Origin: Puniceicoccaceae bacterium
GTDB taxonomy: Bacteria; Verrucomicrobiota; Verrucomicrobiia; Opitutales; Oceanipulchritudinaceae
Reading direction: 5' to 3'
DNA length: 64,000 nucleotides
NCBI GenBank assembly: GCA_040830765.1
Contig: JBFOMH010000002.1
Coordinates: 55,465 to 119,464, forward strand
Position numbers and translations under genes: made by a program. Shown in pieces: positions 1 through 11,699 of this stretch (position 1 is the first letter of the stretch; each line of letters begins with the position of its first letter). The notes below the pieces were generated by a model. The model was not told the DNA's origin and did not search any database. It saw only the letters and a list, made by a program, of their open reading frames with translations.

Positions 1-273
1 ACCAACAACAACCTCATGTTGAGCGAGGAGTGCGAGGCCAATTCCCTCCCGGGTCTGGAAATCAAGGCCAACGACGTCAAGTGTTCGCACGGGGCCACCA
101 CCGGACGCATCGTCGATTCGGAACTGTTCTATTTCCTTGCCCGGGGCATCCCCCGCAAGAAGGCCCAGGAACTGATGGTCTTCGGCTATTTCGAGGAAAT
201 TGTCGGTAAGCTGGAGAACAGCGAGCTGGCCGGCTACGTGCGCGAACTGGTGCAGCACAAGTTTACCGACTAA
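1..273 (+). CDS. sufD: Fe-S cluster assembly protein SufD, C-terminal part (5' end outside window)
   Basis: Frame is open from base 1: TNNNLMLSEECEANSLPGLEIKANDVKCSHGATTG..ELFYFLARGI, the SufB/SufD C-terminal motif. It precedes sufT. Confidence 0.85.
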   Translation, partial: TNNNLMLSEECEANSLPGLEIKANDVKCSHGATTGRIVDSELFYFLARGIPRKKAQELMVFGYFEEIVGKLENSELAGYVRELVQHKFTD

Positions 274-300
274 AAACCCCCCATTACCAACAGCTCTAAA

Positions 301-849
301 ATGGACTCAGAACGCACAGTCAGTCGTGACATTACCGCTACAATTGTCCCTTATGGGGACGCGGTGACCATTCCCGCAGGGACGCGGGTCAGCATCACCC
401 ATCGCCTCGGTGGTAACTTTACCGTCACTTGGGAAGGCGGCATGGCACAGATCAACGGCAGCCAAGCCGATGCCATCGGCGAGGAAATTCCAACCGTGGA
501 AACGGAAGCCGGGGCCGAGGCCCACGCCGGCCCGCCCAGCGAAGACAAGGTCTGGGCAGCCCTGAAGAAGGTTTATGATCCGGAAATCCCGGTCAACATT
601 GTCGACCTTGGACTGATCTACAGCATGGAGGTCATCCAGGAGCCCGACTCCGGCGACTACCACGTCAAGGTGGACATGACCCTGACCGCTCCAGGCTGTG
701 GCATGGGGCCGGTCATTGCCCAGGACGCGAAGTACAAGGTGGAGCAGGTGGCAGGCGTTACCCAGGCCCATGTCGACATTGTCTGGGATCCGCCGTGGCA
801 TCAGGACATGATCTCCGAAGAGGGGAAAATGGAACTGGGTCTCCTCTAA
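301..849 (+). CDS. sufT: Putative Fe-S cluster assembly protein SufT (DUF59 domain with N-terminal extension)
   Basis: VYDPEIPVNIVDLGLIY, MTLTAPGCGMG and VWDPPW DUF59 motifs; follows sufD. Confidence 0.9.
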   Translation: MDSERTVSRDITATIVPYGDAVTIPAGTRVSITHRLGGNFTVTWEGGMAQINGSQADAIGEEIPTVETEAGAEAHAGPPSEDKVWAALKKVYDPEIPVNIVDLGLIYSMEVIQEPDSGDYHVKVDMTLTAPGCGMGPVIAQDAKYKVEQVAGVTQAHVDIVWDPPWHQDMISEEGKMELGLL

Positions 850-850
850 C

Positions 851-941
851 TATCTTAATCTTAGCCTTAATCTTAATCTTAGCCTTAGCCTTAGCCTTTC
901 GCGACGAGATTAAGATTAAGATTAAGGCTAAGATTAAGATT
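851..941. repeat. Hexamer inverted-repeat element, copy 1 (empty)
   Basis: Left arm TATCTT AATCTT AGCCTT AATCTT AATCTT AGCCTT AGCCTT AGCCTT (851-898), spacer TCGCGAC, right arm GAGATT AAGATT AAGATT AAGGCT AAGATT AAGATT (906-941). 852-880 is the exact reverse complement of 912-940. Confidence 0.95.
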
Positions 942-943
942 AT

Positions 944-982
944 AAAAAAAAGGCCCTTCTGCCTTGGTAGGACAGAAGGACC
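944..982 (-). terminator. Rho-independent terminator of ppdK
   Basis: Minus strand GGTCCTTCTGTCCT-ACCA-AGGCAGAAGGGCC followed by T8. Confidence 0.75.
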
Positions 983-1018
983 CTGAAAGTTGCGGGAAAA
1001 GAATTTCCGCTACTCGCC

Positions 1019-3781
<2,763 letters not shown>

Positions 3782-3892
3782 GCTTGATACTTGATTCGAG
3801 TTGTATAGTGATGATGACCACAGAGGGTCAGCGGTAAGAAAAACTGGCGAAATTAGACCGAATGCCCTCTGTGTCAATGAGTAACGTCCCCA

Positions 3893-4729
3893 ATGTCCAA
3901 CGACCCATCCAGTGAACAGCCCGAATACGACCTGCCCACGGTCGATTCCATTGATGACCTGCCCGAACCAGAGGAAGAAGCAGGCCAGATGAGCTTTCTT
4001 GATCACCTTGAGGAACTGCGCTGGACGCTCTTCAAGAGCTTCATTTCCTTCGGGCTGGCCTGTATCCTCATCGGGGTCTTCATTGCCCAGTTTTCGGACA
4101 TCCTTCGCTGGCCCTTTGATTTTGCCGTCAGTGGACGGGAAATCGAGATGTCAGGCCTCATCAATACCTCCATCCTGGGGGTCTTCTCGGTCATCTTTTA
4201 TCTCCTCCTTGGCGGCGGGCTGGCCCTGTCGCTTCCCTTCATCCTATATTTCGTGGGCAGTTTTGTCGCTCCCGGGCTTAATGAGCGGGAACTCCGGTTG
4301 CTCCGGCCTGCCTGTACGGCGGCCTTCGTCCTCTTTCTCGCGGGTGCCGCCTTCAGTTTCTTCGTCCTCGTCCCGGCGGCCATGCGGGCTTCCATCATCT
4401 TCAACGAGATGCTCGGATTTGCCCCACTGTGGACGGCTTCCAGTTACTACGGCCTGCTCACCTGGATGGTCCTGGGGGTCGGGATTGCCTTCCAGTTTCC
4501 CCTCGTGCTGCTGATCCTGGTCTACCTGGAGATCATCAGCCGTGCCCAGCTGGTCGGCTTCCGCCGCTACTCCATCGTCATCTTCCTCTGCATCGGGGCA
4601 CTCGTCACCCCGACAACGGACCCGGTGACCTTCATCCTTCTCGCCTTCCCGATGTCGCTCCTCTACGAGCTGGCTATCTTCGGGGCCAAGCGGATCGAGG
4701 GAAGAATCCGGCAAGAGGAGGAGGACTGA
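3893..4729 (+). CDS. tatC: Twin-arginine translocase subunit TatC
   Basis: [22 protein letters not shown] and TPTTDPVT...PMSLLYE motifs; multiple TM helices. Confidence 0.95.
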   Translation: MSNDPSSEQPEYDLPTVDSIDDLPEPEEEAGQMSFLDHLEELRWTLFKSFISFGLACILIGVFIAQFSDILRWPFDFAVSGREIEMSGLINTSILGVFSVIFYLLLGGGLALSLPFILYFVGSFVAPGLNERELRLLRPACTAAFVLFLAGAAFSFFVLVPAAMRASIIFNEMLGFAPLWTASSYYGLLTWMVLGVGIAFQFPLVLLILVYLEIISRAQLVGFRRYSIVIFLCIGALVTPTTDPVTFILLAFPMSLLYELAIFGAKRIEGRIRQEEED

Positions 4730-4731
4730 AT

Positions 4732-4765
4732 AAAAAAGCGGCGCCATCCCGAAGGATGACGCCGC
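4732..4765 (-). terminator. Rho-independent terminator (minus-strand pair of small genes)
   Basis: Minus strand GCGGCGTCATCC-TTCG-GGATGGCGCCGC followed by T6. Confidence 0.8.
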
Positions 4766-4788
4766 AAAAGGGTGCAAAATCCCTTGTG

Positions 4789-4950
4789 CTACTTTTTGGT
4801 CACGACAATCAAGGCGTGGATGATCGCCGGCAACCAGAGGAGGAAGCAAAGCACAATGTTGATGATCAACGACTTGTTAGCCCCGTCCTTGAGGTAGACT
4901 GCCAGCGGCGGCAAGATAATCGCGAGAATAATAAGCAGTACTGGATTCAT
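4789..4950 (-). CDS. YqaE/Pmp3 family small membrane proteolipid (53 aa, absent from the ORF track)
   Basis: Manual translation gives MNPVLLIILAIILPPLAVYLKDGANKSLIINIVLCFLLWLPAIIHALIVVTKK*, with the Pmp3 signatures LAIILPPLAV and WLPAIIHAL. Confidence 0.9.
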   Translation of the reverse strand: MNPVLLIILAIILPPLAVYLKDGANKSLIINIVLCFLLWLPAIIHALIVVTKK

Positions 4951-4979
4951 TATGGTTCCCTTGGTTGAGGTTAGTTCAT

Positions 4980-5336
4980 TTAGTCCGTAATGGACGCGCC
5001 CTGTTCCTTCAGGGCATCGAGATAAACAGCCAGTCGCTCCTTGAGGGCATTCATGTCCTCGGTCAGGGCGGCAATGTCCGCCTTGAGGGCAGTGGCTTCG
5101 TCGCCCATCTGTTCCATGAGCGGAATTTCCTTCAATTGAGCCGTGATGGGCTCGATTTCCGCCATCTTGGCCTCAATGGCTTTTTGGTACTCAGCCGCCT
5201 TGGCTTTCAGGTCATCGACGGAGAGGGTACTGGCTTCCTGCTCGAGGTCCGCCACCGGTGTCTCGGTGTCGACGCCCTTGCTGCAGCCGGCCAAAATAAC
5301 CATTCCGGCCAGTAGAATGATAGAGAATAATTTCAT
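4980..5336 (-). CDS. Hypothetical coiled-coil lipoprotein
   Basis: Signal peptide with lipobox ILAG-C, then an acidic helical/coiled-coil body; AAGGA upstream. Confidence 0.75.
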   Translation of the reverse strand: MKLFSIILLAGMVILAGCSKGVDTETPVADLEQEASTLSVDDLKAKAAEYQKAIEAKMAEIEPITAQLKEIPLMEQMGDEATALKADIAALTEDMNALKERLAVYLDALKEQGASITD

Positions 5337-5449
5337 CACTTTCCTTGGTTAAGGTATTATATAGGGGAAAATACCTAAGGAATAATCCAAAGGAAAGCAA
5401 CTGATTTCGGACTTGGGCCGGGTACGGGCCTTTGCAGGTATCTGGGGGC

Positions 5450-7009
5450 TCAGGAGGGATTGCCGGACTCCCCGGCATCAGTCACCTGCGGCCGCGGGAA
5501 GAGAATGGTCTTGCCGCCGAGCACCTGTCCGTCAAGGCGGCTGGACCAGTCCAGTTGGCCCTCCCAGCGCTCAACCGGTTCCTGCCCGAGAAGTCCGCTG
5601 ATCTTGTCCGAGATATCCGGCATGACCGGCTGGAGGAAGGCGTTGGCGAGCCGAAGTCCCTCGGCGAGGTTGGCCAAAGTAGTGGCCAGCAATGCCTGGT
5701 CGGCGGCCTCTTCCGACTTGGCCAGCTTCCACGGGGCACGGATTTCGGCATAGCGGTTAAGGCTGGTGACGAAGGCAAAGGTCTTCTCCAGGGCGAGATG
5801 AAACTGGAACTGGTCGAAGGCCTGCAGGACCTCCTCGCGGGTCTTGTCCCAACCGGCCTTCAGTTCCTTCTCCGGGTCCTCCTCGACGGTTGCTGGCTGC
5901 AGCCCTTCCGGGAAATTGCGTCCGGCCATGTTGAGGAGGCGGCTGACGAGGTTGCCAAGGTTGTTGGCAAGGTCGGCATTGTAGCGGCCGAGGAACAATT
6001 CCAGCGTGAAATCGCTATCCTGCCCGACGCTCATTTCGCGGGTCAGGAAGTAGCGCAAAGCATCGGCGCCATAGGTCTCGGCAAACTCCACCGGATCGAT
6101 CTTGAGCCCGGTGCTCTTGGACATCTTGGCCCCGCCGATGTGCCACCAGCCGTGGACCAGCAGCGCCTTCGGGGGCTCCACCCCGATGGCCTTGAGCATG
6201 GCCGGCCAGTAGACAGAGTGCGGCGGCACAAGGATATCCTTGCCAATGACATGGTAGTCGACCGGCCAGTACTTGTTGAAGTCGTCCGTCCCGTAGCCAA
6301 TGGCGGAGATGTAGTTGATGAGGGCGTCGAACCAAACGTAGGTGACGTAGTCGGTATCGAAGGGCAGCTCGATGCCCCAGGAAAGCCGCGTCTTGGGCCG
6401 GGAAATGCAGAGATCATTGACGGGTTCCTTGAGGAACTCCAGCACCTGCTTCTGGCGGAAGGCCGGCACGACAAAGGCATTCTCCTTGAGGAAGCTGATG
6501 AGCCAGTCCTGGTAAGCGCTCAGCTTGAAGAAGTAGTTCTCCTCCTGAATCTGAACCACCTCGCCGTAGATTTCCGGCCAGCTGCCATCCGCCTCCCGCT
6601 CCTTCTCAAGGACAAACTGCTCCTGGCGGACAGAGTAGAATCCCTCGTAGCTGCCCTTGTAGATTTCCCCGCGATCATGGAGGTCCTGGAGGATTGTCTG
6701 GACGACGTCCTTATGCCGCTGCTCGGAAGTGCGGATGAAGTCGTTGTTGGAAATATTCAGATGCTGGCAGAGCTCGACAAAAAGCGGGCCGACCTCGCTG
6801 GTCAGCTCGAGGGGAGTCCTTCCCTGGGCCTCGGCGGTCTGGGTCACTTTCTGGCCATGCTCGTCAATCCCGGTCAGGAAATGGACTTCCTCGCCAGTGA
6901 GGCGCTTGTAGCGGGCGACAACATCGGTCAAAACCTTCTCGTAGGCATGCCCGAGGTGAGGCGGACCGTTGGCATAGTCAATGGCAGTGGTGATGTAGAA
7001 CGTCTTCAT
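5450..7009 (-). CDS. metG: Methionine--tRNA ligase (short form, no C-terminal OB domain)
   Basis: FYITTAIDYANGPPHLGHAYE (HIGH-like), YVWFDALINY, IGKDIL and KMSKS; AAGGAG before the ATG at 7009. Confidence 0.96.
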   Translation of the reverse strand: MKTFYITTAIDYANGPPHLGHAYEKVLTDVVARYKRLTGEEVHFLTGIDEHGQKVTQTAEAQGRTPLELTSEVGPLFVELCQHLNISNNDFIRTSEQRHKDVVQTILQDLHDRGEIYKGSYEGFYSVRQEQFVLEKEREADGSWPEIYGEVVQIQEENYFFKLSAYQDWLISFLKENAFVVPAFRQKQVLEFLKEPVNDLCISRPKTRLSWGIELPFDTDYVTYVWFDALINYISAIGYGTDDFNKYWPVDYHVIGKDILVPPHSVYWPAMLKAIGVEPPKALLVHGWWHIGGAKMSKSTGLKIDPVEFAETYGADALRYFLTREMSVGQDSDFTLELFLGRYNADLANNLGNLVSRLLNMAGRNFPEGLQPATVEEDPEKELKAGWDKTREEVLQAFDQFQFHLALEKTFAFVTSLNRYAEIRAPWKLAKSEEAADQALLATTLANLAEGLRLANAFLQPVMPDISDKISGLLGQEPVERWEGQLDWSSRLDGQVLGGKTILFPRPQVTDAGESGNPS

Positions 7010-7103
7010 GATCTCCTTTGCGGAAAAAGCAGTCAGATTTGCCCGCGACTCCGGTGGCGTCAATTTAATTGCCTGATTTAGGAAGATGGCAATGCTGTCG
7101 GTC

Positions 7104-8507
7104 ATGTCGGAAAAGAAACAGGCTACATGGGGTGGACGGTTCTCGGAGGGACCCGCCGACCGGATGATCCGGTTCAGCGAATCGGTATCCTTCGACCAGC
7201 GGCTGGCACCTTACGACATCATGGGCAGCCAGGCACACGCCCGCATGCTGGCCCATGTCGGGTTGTTGGAGGAAGCGGAATGTTCCGCCATCTGCGAGGG
7301 ACTGGATGCGATTGGTGAAAAAATCGCCGCCGGGGAATTTACCTGGGACCCGCGCCTCGAGGATGTCCACATGAACATCGAACAGGCCCTGACCCAGGCG
7401 GTCCCGGCAGCAGCCAAGCTCCATACCGCCCGCAGCCGCAATGATCAGGTAGCCACCGACATGCGACTCTTTTTCCTCGATGCCGCCTGCCAGCTGGACG
7501 GTGCCCTGGTGACACTGTTGAAGGCCCTCCTTTCCCAGGCTGCCGCCACACAGGAAGTGGCCATTCCAGGCTATACCCACCTGCAGCGGGCCCAGCCGGT
7601 CTCCATGGCGCATCACTTACTGGCCTACATGGAGATGCTCGGCCGCGACCGGGATCGCATTGCCGACTTCTGCCGGCGGGCCCGGGTCTGCCCGCTGGGG
7701 GCGGGGGCCATCGCCGGGACAACGCTCCCCATTGACCGTGAATTTGTCGCCCGCGAACTGGGATTTGTCGACGAAGCGGGCAATCCGCAAGTGACCCGCA
7801 ACTCCATGGATGCAGTCGCCGACCGCGACCTCTTCATCGAATTCGCCAACTGCTGTGCCCTCGTCGCAACCCACCTCTCCCGGATGGCGGAGGACGTCAT
7901 CCTCTGGAGCAGCAACGAGTTTGGCTTTGTCCGGCTGCCGGACGCCTACACCACCGGCTCCAGCCTCATGCCGCAGAAAAAGAACCCGGACTCCCTGGAA
8001 CTGATCCGGGGCAAGGCAGCCCGCATCATGGGACAGTCCCATACCCTGCTCACTTTGGTCAAGGGACTGCCCTTGACCTACAACCGCGATCTTCAGGAAG
8101 ACAAGCCACCGGTTTTCGAGACCCTCGACATGACACTTGACTGCCTTCTGGTCATGGAAGGCACTCTCGCCGGAATGACGGTCAACAAGGAGACCTGCGA
8201 GGACGCCGTTGCGGATCCCCTGCTGCTGGCCACCGACCTTGTCGATTATCTTGTCCTCAAGGGGGTTCCGTTCCGGGATGCCCACCATGTCGTTGGTGAG
8301 TTGGTGGCCCTCTCCGAGAAAAGCGTCTGCCCGCTGAATGCCATTCCCCTCGACGAGGCCCAGAAGATTTGCGACAAGATTGAGCCCGACTGGACCGATT
8401 GTTTTTCCGTCGAGAAGGCCCTTGCCGGGCGTGAACGGCCGGGCATGCCCGGACCCAAACAGATTGAAATGGAACTCGACCGCTGGAAGGGAACCCTTCC
8501 GGAATAA
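7104..8507 (+). CDS. argH: Argininosuccinate lyase
   Basis: [50 protein letters not shown]. Confidence 0.97.
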   Translation: MSEKKQATWGGRFSEGPADRMIRFSESVSFDQRLAPYDIMGSQAHARMLAHVGLLEEAECSAICEGLDAIGEKIAAGEFTWDPRLEDVHMNIEQALTQAVPAAAKLHTARSRNDQVATDMRLFFLDAACQLDGALVTLLKALLSQAAATQEVAIPGYTHLQRAQPVSMAHHLLAYMEMLGRDRDRIADFCRRARVCPLGAGAIAGTTLPIDREFVARELGFVDEAGNPQVTRNSMDAVADRDLFIEFANCCALVATHLSRMAEDVILWSSNEFGFVRLPDAYTTGSSLMPQKKNPDSLELIRGKAARIMGQSHTLLTLVKGLPLTYNRDLQEDKPPVFETLDMTLDCLLVMEGTLAGMTVNKETCEDAVADPLLLATDLVDYLVLKGVPFRDAHHVVGELVALSEKSVCPLNAIPLDEAQKICDKIEPDWTDCFSVEKALAGRERPGMPGPKQIEMELDRWKGTLPE

Positions 8508-8512
8508 GGCTG

Positions 8513-9889
8513 GTGCAGCAAGCGGCCTCAGCGGGAACGGACAAGGAGGGAAGTGCCAGTCCCTCGCTGGCACCCTACACCAACCTCCTCAAGTTCAGCT
8601 TTTTCAACGCCACCACCTGGATGATCGCCATGGGGACCCCGCTGGTCCTGCTGGCCAGTGAACTGGGGGCCAACTCCTTTGAGGTCGGGTTGATCTATTC
8701 CTTTGTCTTCCTCCTCCTCCCGGTCCAGATAATCGCCACCTCGACCCTCCCGAAACTGGGCTACAAGAAGCAAATCATGCTGGCCTGGATCGCCCGCGGG
8801 GCCTCCCTTGTCATTCCCTTTCTCCTTGCCCTGCAGGCTCCGGATCCGGCTCCGCGCTGGATGGTCCATGCCCTCATTCTCTCGGCCTTTCTCTTTGCCT
8901 TCTTCCGTACCTTCGGCAGTTGTGCCCTGCCTCCCCTGCTCTACGCCACGGTCAAGGACTCGGTCCGCGGACGTTATTTCAGTACCGACCAGGCCATTGC
9001 CGCCATGGCCGGCATTCTGACCCTGCTCCTGCTGGCGGTGCTCTTTCGAATGGTCTCCGCATTTACAGCCTTCGCCTGGCAGTACACCTATGCCCTGTTC
9101 GCGGTTGTCATGACAATCTACTACATGGCCAAGGTGAAAGACCCACCGAAGCCGGCGCAAGCCAGCCTCAAGGAAATCGCCCTCGAGACCCCGAAGATTT
9201 CCCTTCAACGCTCCCCCTTCCGGCAATACCTGATTTTCATGATCAGCTCAGCCCTCATGGGGACCGCCTTTGTGCCCTTGAAGGCCTACTACCTCCGGGT
9301 GGAAGCGGGGATTGGCACGGACCAGATTCTTGTCTTCACGGCCATCCAGTATTGCGGGGCGATCCTTGGGACCATCCTTCTCCGGAAGCATATTGATGGG
9401 CTGGGAGTAAAGCCGGTATTCCGCATCTCCCTGTTTCTTGGGGCGGTGGTCAGCATCTACTGGTTCCTGCTTGTCAGTGGTCTTGTCCCGGGCATCGAGA
9501 ACCTCCTCATGGTGGCCTATTTTCTCTTCGGCATATCAGCCAGCCAGTGGCTGACCGCACACCTGAAGTACATGCCGCGCGTCTGCAGCGAAAAGCGGCA
9601 GGCCCTGCATGTCTCCGTCCATGCGGCGATTGTCGGCATCGTTGGGGGAATCGCCCCCATTGTCTGGGGTTACCTGGTCAAGACACCGGGCACCCCGGGG
9701 GTCGATGCGGAAGTTTTTGCCATCTTCTTTGTCGCCATGCTGCTGGTGCAGGTCATGCTTTTCCTCTACATCCCGCGCCTGACCTCGCAACACCGGGAAA
9801 GGCCACCACTGCAGACGGGTTCCGGTCTTCTCCGGCCCTTCCGTTACCTTGGTGGGCTGATCAACATTATTCCGGAGAAACGGCGGTAG
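8513..9889 (+). CDS. MFS-type membrane transporter
   Basis: About 12 hydrophobic segments in two halves; MFS-like 'RGRYFS' loop; GTG start. Substrate unknown. Confidence 0.7.
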   Translation: MQQAASAGTDKEGSASPSLAPYTNLLKFSFFNATTWMIAMGTPLVLLASELGANSFEVGLIYSFVFLLLPVQIIATSTLPKLGYKKQIMLAWIARGASLVIPFLLALQAPDPAPRWMVHALILSAFLFAFFRTFGSCALPPLLYATVKDSVRGRYFSTDQAIAAMAGILTLLLLAVLFRMVSAFTAFAWQYTYALFAVVMTIYYMAKVKDPPKPAQASLKEIALETPKISLQRSPFRQYLIFMISSALMGTAFVPLKAYYLRVEAGIGTDQILVFTAIQYCGAILGTILLRKHIDGLGVKPVFRISLFLGAVVSIYWFLLVSGLVPGIENLLMVAYFLFGISASQWLTAHLKYMPRVCSEKRQALHVSVHAAIVGIVGGIAPIVWGYLVKTPGTPGVDAEVFAIFFVAMLLVQVMLFLYIPRLTSQHRERPPLQTGSGLLRPFRYLGGLINIIPEKRR

Positions 9890-9895
9890 CCTCCT

Positions 9896-10007
9896 TGGAG
9901 TGCTGCGGCATGCCGCAGCTTTATAAGGCGGCGACAAGTCGCCGCACTCCACGGCGCTCGCTATTCCGCAGCTTTATAAGGCGGCGACAAGTCGCCGCAC
10001 TCCACGG
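9896..10007. repeat. GGAG-type REP/REPIN-like palindrome cluster between convergent genes
   Basis: TGGAGT + palindrome GCTGCGGCATGCCGCAGC (9902-9919), facing GCGGCGACAAGTCGCCGC-ACTCCA. There is also an exact 42-bp direct repeat at 9913-9954 and 9966-10007. Confidence 0.8.
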
Positions 10008-10013
10008 GGCGTG

Positions 10014-11522
10014 CTACATATCGAGCTGCGGACGCGCCGGGTCGGGCCAGTCGATATGGTAGAACTGGCCGCGGGGCTTGTCGGTGCGCTCGTAGGTGTG
10101 GGCCCCGAAGTAGTCGCGCTGGGCCTGGAGCAGGTTCTGCGGCAGGCGGGCGGTCCGGTAGCCATCGTAGTAGCTCAGGGCGCTGCTGAAGGTGGGGATG
10201 CTGATCCCGGCCTGGGCGGCGATCCCGATGACCTTGCGCCAGTTGGCCTGGGCCTTCTGGATGGTCTCGTTGAAGTAGGGATCGAGAAGCAGGTTGGCCA
10301 GCTCCGGATCGCGCTCATAGGCCTCCGTGATTTTCTGCAGGAAGACGGCGCGAATGATACAGCCACCGCGCCAGATCTGGGCAATCTCCCCAAAGTTCAA
10401 CTTCCAGTCATATTCCTTCTGGGCTTCCCGCATGAGCTGGAATCCCTGGGCATAGGAACAAATCTTCGAGCAATACAAGGCATCGTGGATGGCCGCGATG
10501 AACTCGGCCTTTTCCCCCTCGAAGGCATAGCCCTCCGGGCCCTTGAGAATCGGCTCGGCCGCGACCCGCTCCTCCTTGACCGCACTGAGGAAGCGGGCAA
10601 AGACCGCCTCGGCGACCGTTGGGGCGGGCACGCCCATGTCCAGCGCGTTGACGCTGGTCCACTTCCCAGTGCCCTTCTGTCCGGCTGTGTCGAGGACGAT
10701 GTCCACGAAGGGCTGACCACTTTCCGGGTCGGCCTGCTTGAGGATATCGGCCGTGATCTCGATCAGGAAACTGTCCAGCATGCCGGCATTCCATTCCGAG
10801 AAGACCGCCCCCATCTCGGGTGCACTCAGTCCAAGGACCCCCTTCATGAGGTCGTAGGACTCACAAATCATCTGCATGTCACCATATTCGATCCCGTTGT
10901 GGACCATTTTTACATAGTGACCGGCTCCGTTTTCGCCGATGTAGGCCGCACAGGGGACTCCCCCCTCGACCGGCTTGCCCGGCTCTGCTCCCTCAAGGGG
11001 CCGACCGGTTTCCGCGTCCACTTTCGCCGCAATCGCTTCCCAGACGGGCTTCAAATGTTCCCATGCCTCGGCCGCGCCACCGGGCATCAGGCTGGGACCA
11101 AAGCGGGCCCCTTCTTCACCACCGGAGACCCCGCTGCCGACAAAGCGCAGCCCCTTCTCCGTCAGCTCCTTCTCCCGGCGGATCGTGTCCGTCCACTTGG
11201 CGTTGCCGCCATCAATGATGATGTCGCCCTCTTCCATTAACGGGACCAGGCCCTCGATCACCTTGTCCGTGGCCCAGCCAGCCTGCACCAGAATGATGAC
11301 CTTGCGCGGGCGCTTCAGCGACTGCACGAAGCCCTCCAGGGTCGCTTCGCCGACCAGCCCCCCGGGCGTATCCGGGTGCTTGGCCACAAATTCCTCCATC
11401 TTGCTCGTCGTCCGGTTGTAGACCGAAATCCGGAATCCATGGTCCGCAATGTTCAAGGCCAGGTTCTGGCCCATTACCGCCAAACCAATTAATCCAATTT
11501 CTGATAATCCTTCTTCACTCAT
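10014..11522 (-). CDS. gnd: NADP-dependent 6-phosphogluconate dehydrogenase
   Basis: [59 protein letters not shown]. Confidence 0.97.
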   Translation of the reverse strand: MSEEGLSEIGLIGLAVMGQNLALNIADHGFRISVYNRTTSKMEEFVAKHPDTPGGLVGEATLEGFVQSLKRPRKVIILVQAGWATDKVIEGLVPLMEEGDIIIDGGNAKWTDTIRREKELTEKGLRFVGSGVSGGEEGARFGPSLMPGGAAEAWEHLKPVWEAIAAKVDAETGRPLEGAEPGKPVEGGVPCAAYIGENGAGHYVKMVHNGIEYGDMQMICESYDLMKGVLGLSAPEMGAVFSEWNAGMLDSFLIEITADILKQADPESGQPFVDIVLDTAGQKGTGKWTSVNALDMGVPAPTVAEAVFARFLSAVKEERVAAEPILKGPEGYAFEGEKAEFIAAIHDALYCSKICSYAQGFQLMREAQKEYDWKLNFGEIAQIWRGGCIIRAVFLQKITEAYERDPELANLLLDPYFNETIQKAQANWRKVIGIAAQAGISIPTFSSALSYYDGYRTARLPQNLLQAQRDYFGAHTYERTDKPRGQFYHIDWPDPARPQLDM

Positions 11523-11582
11523 GATGGAGAAAGCTTAAAAGACACGGCTCGCCCCCTGTCAACCCAACACGTGTTGGAAATT

Positions 11583-11698
11583 GATCTTAATCTTAGCCTT
11601 AGGCTTAATATTAATCCCAAAACCCAATCTTAGTCTTAGCCTTAATCTTAATCTTAATCTTCTGCGCCGGGATTAAGATTAAGGCTAAGATTGAGATT
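11583..11698. repeat. Hexamer inverted-repeat element, copy 2 (two left arms, one right arm)
   Basis: GATCTT AATCTT AGCCTT AGGCTT AATATT AATCCC / AATCTT AGTCTT AGCCTT AATCTT x3 / CTGCGCC / GGGATT AAGATT AAGGCT AAGATT GAGATT. Confidence 0.95.
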
Positions 11699-11699
11699 A

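Noticed and set aside
795..986. ORFs with dipeptide runs ([16 protein letters not shown] here; RLRLRL at 30562-30867; NLNLNL/RLRLRL at 35297-35572)
   Set aside because: These are translations of the hexamer repeats and overlap real genes; there is no evidence they are proteins.
3782..4006. 75-aa N-terminal extension of the ppdK ORF in the track
   Set aside because: It overlaps the divergent tatC start, and a better ATG exists at 3781.
9913..10007. 42-bp direct repeat as a mini CRISPR array
   Set aside because: Only two copies with an 11-nt gap, REP-like GGAG ends and no cas genes.
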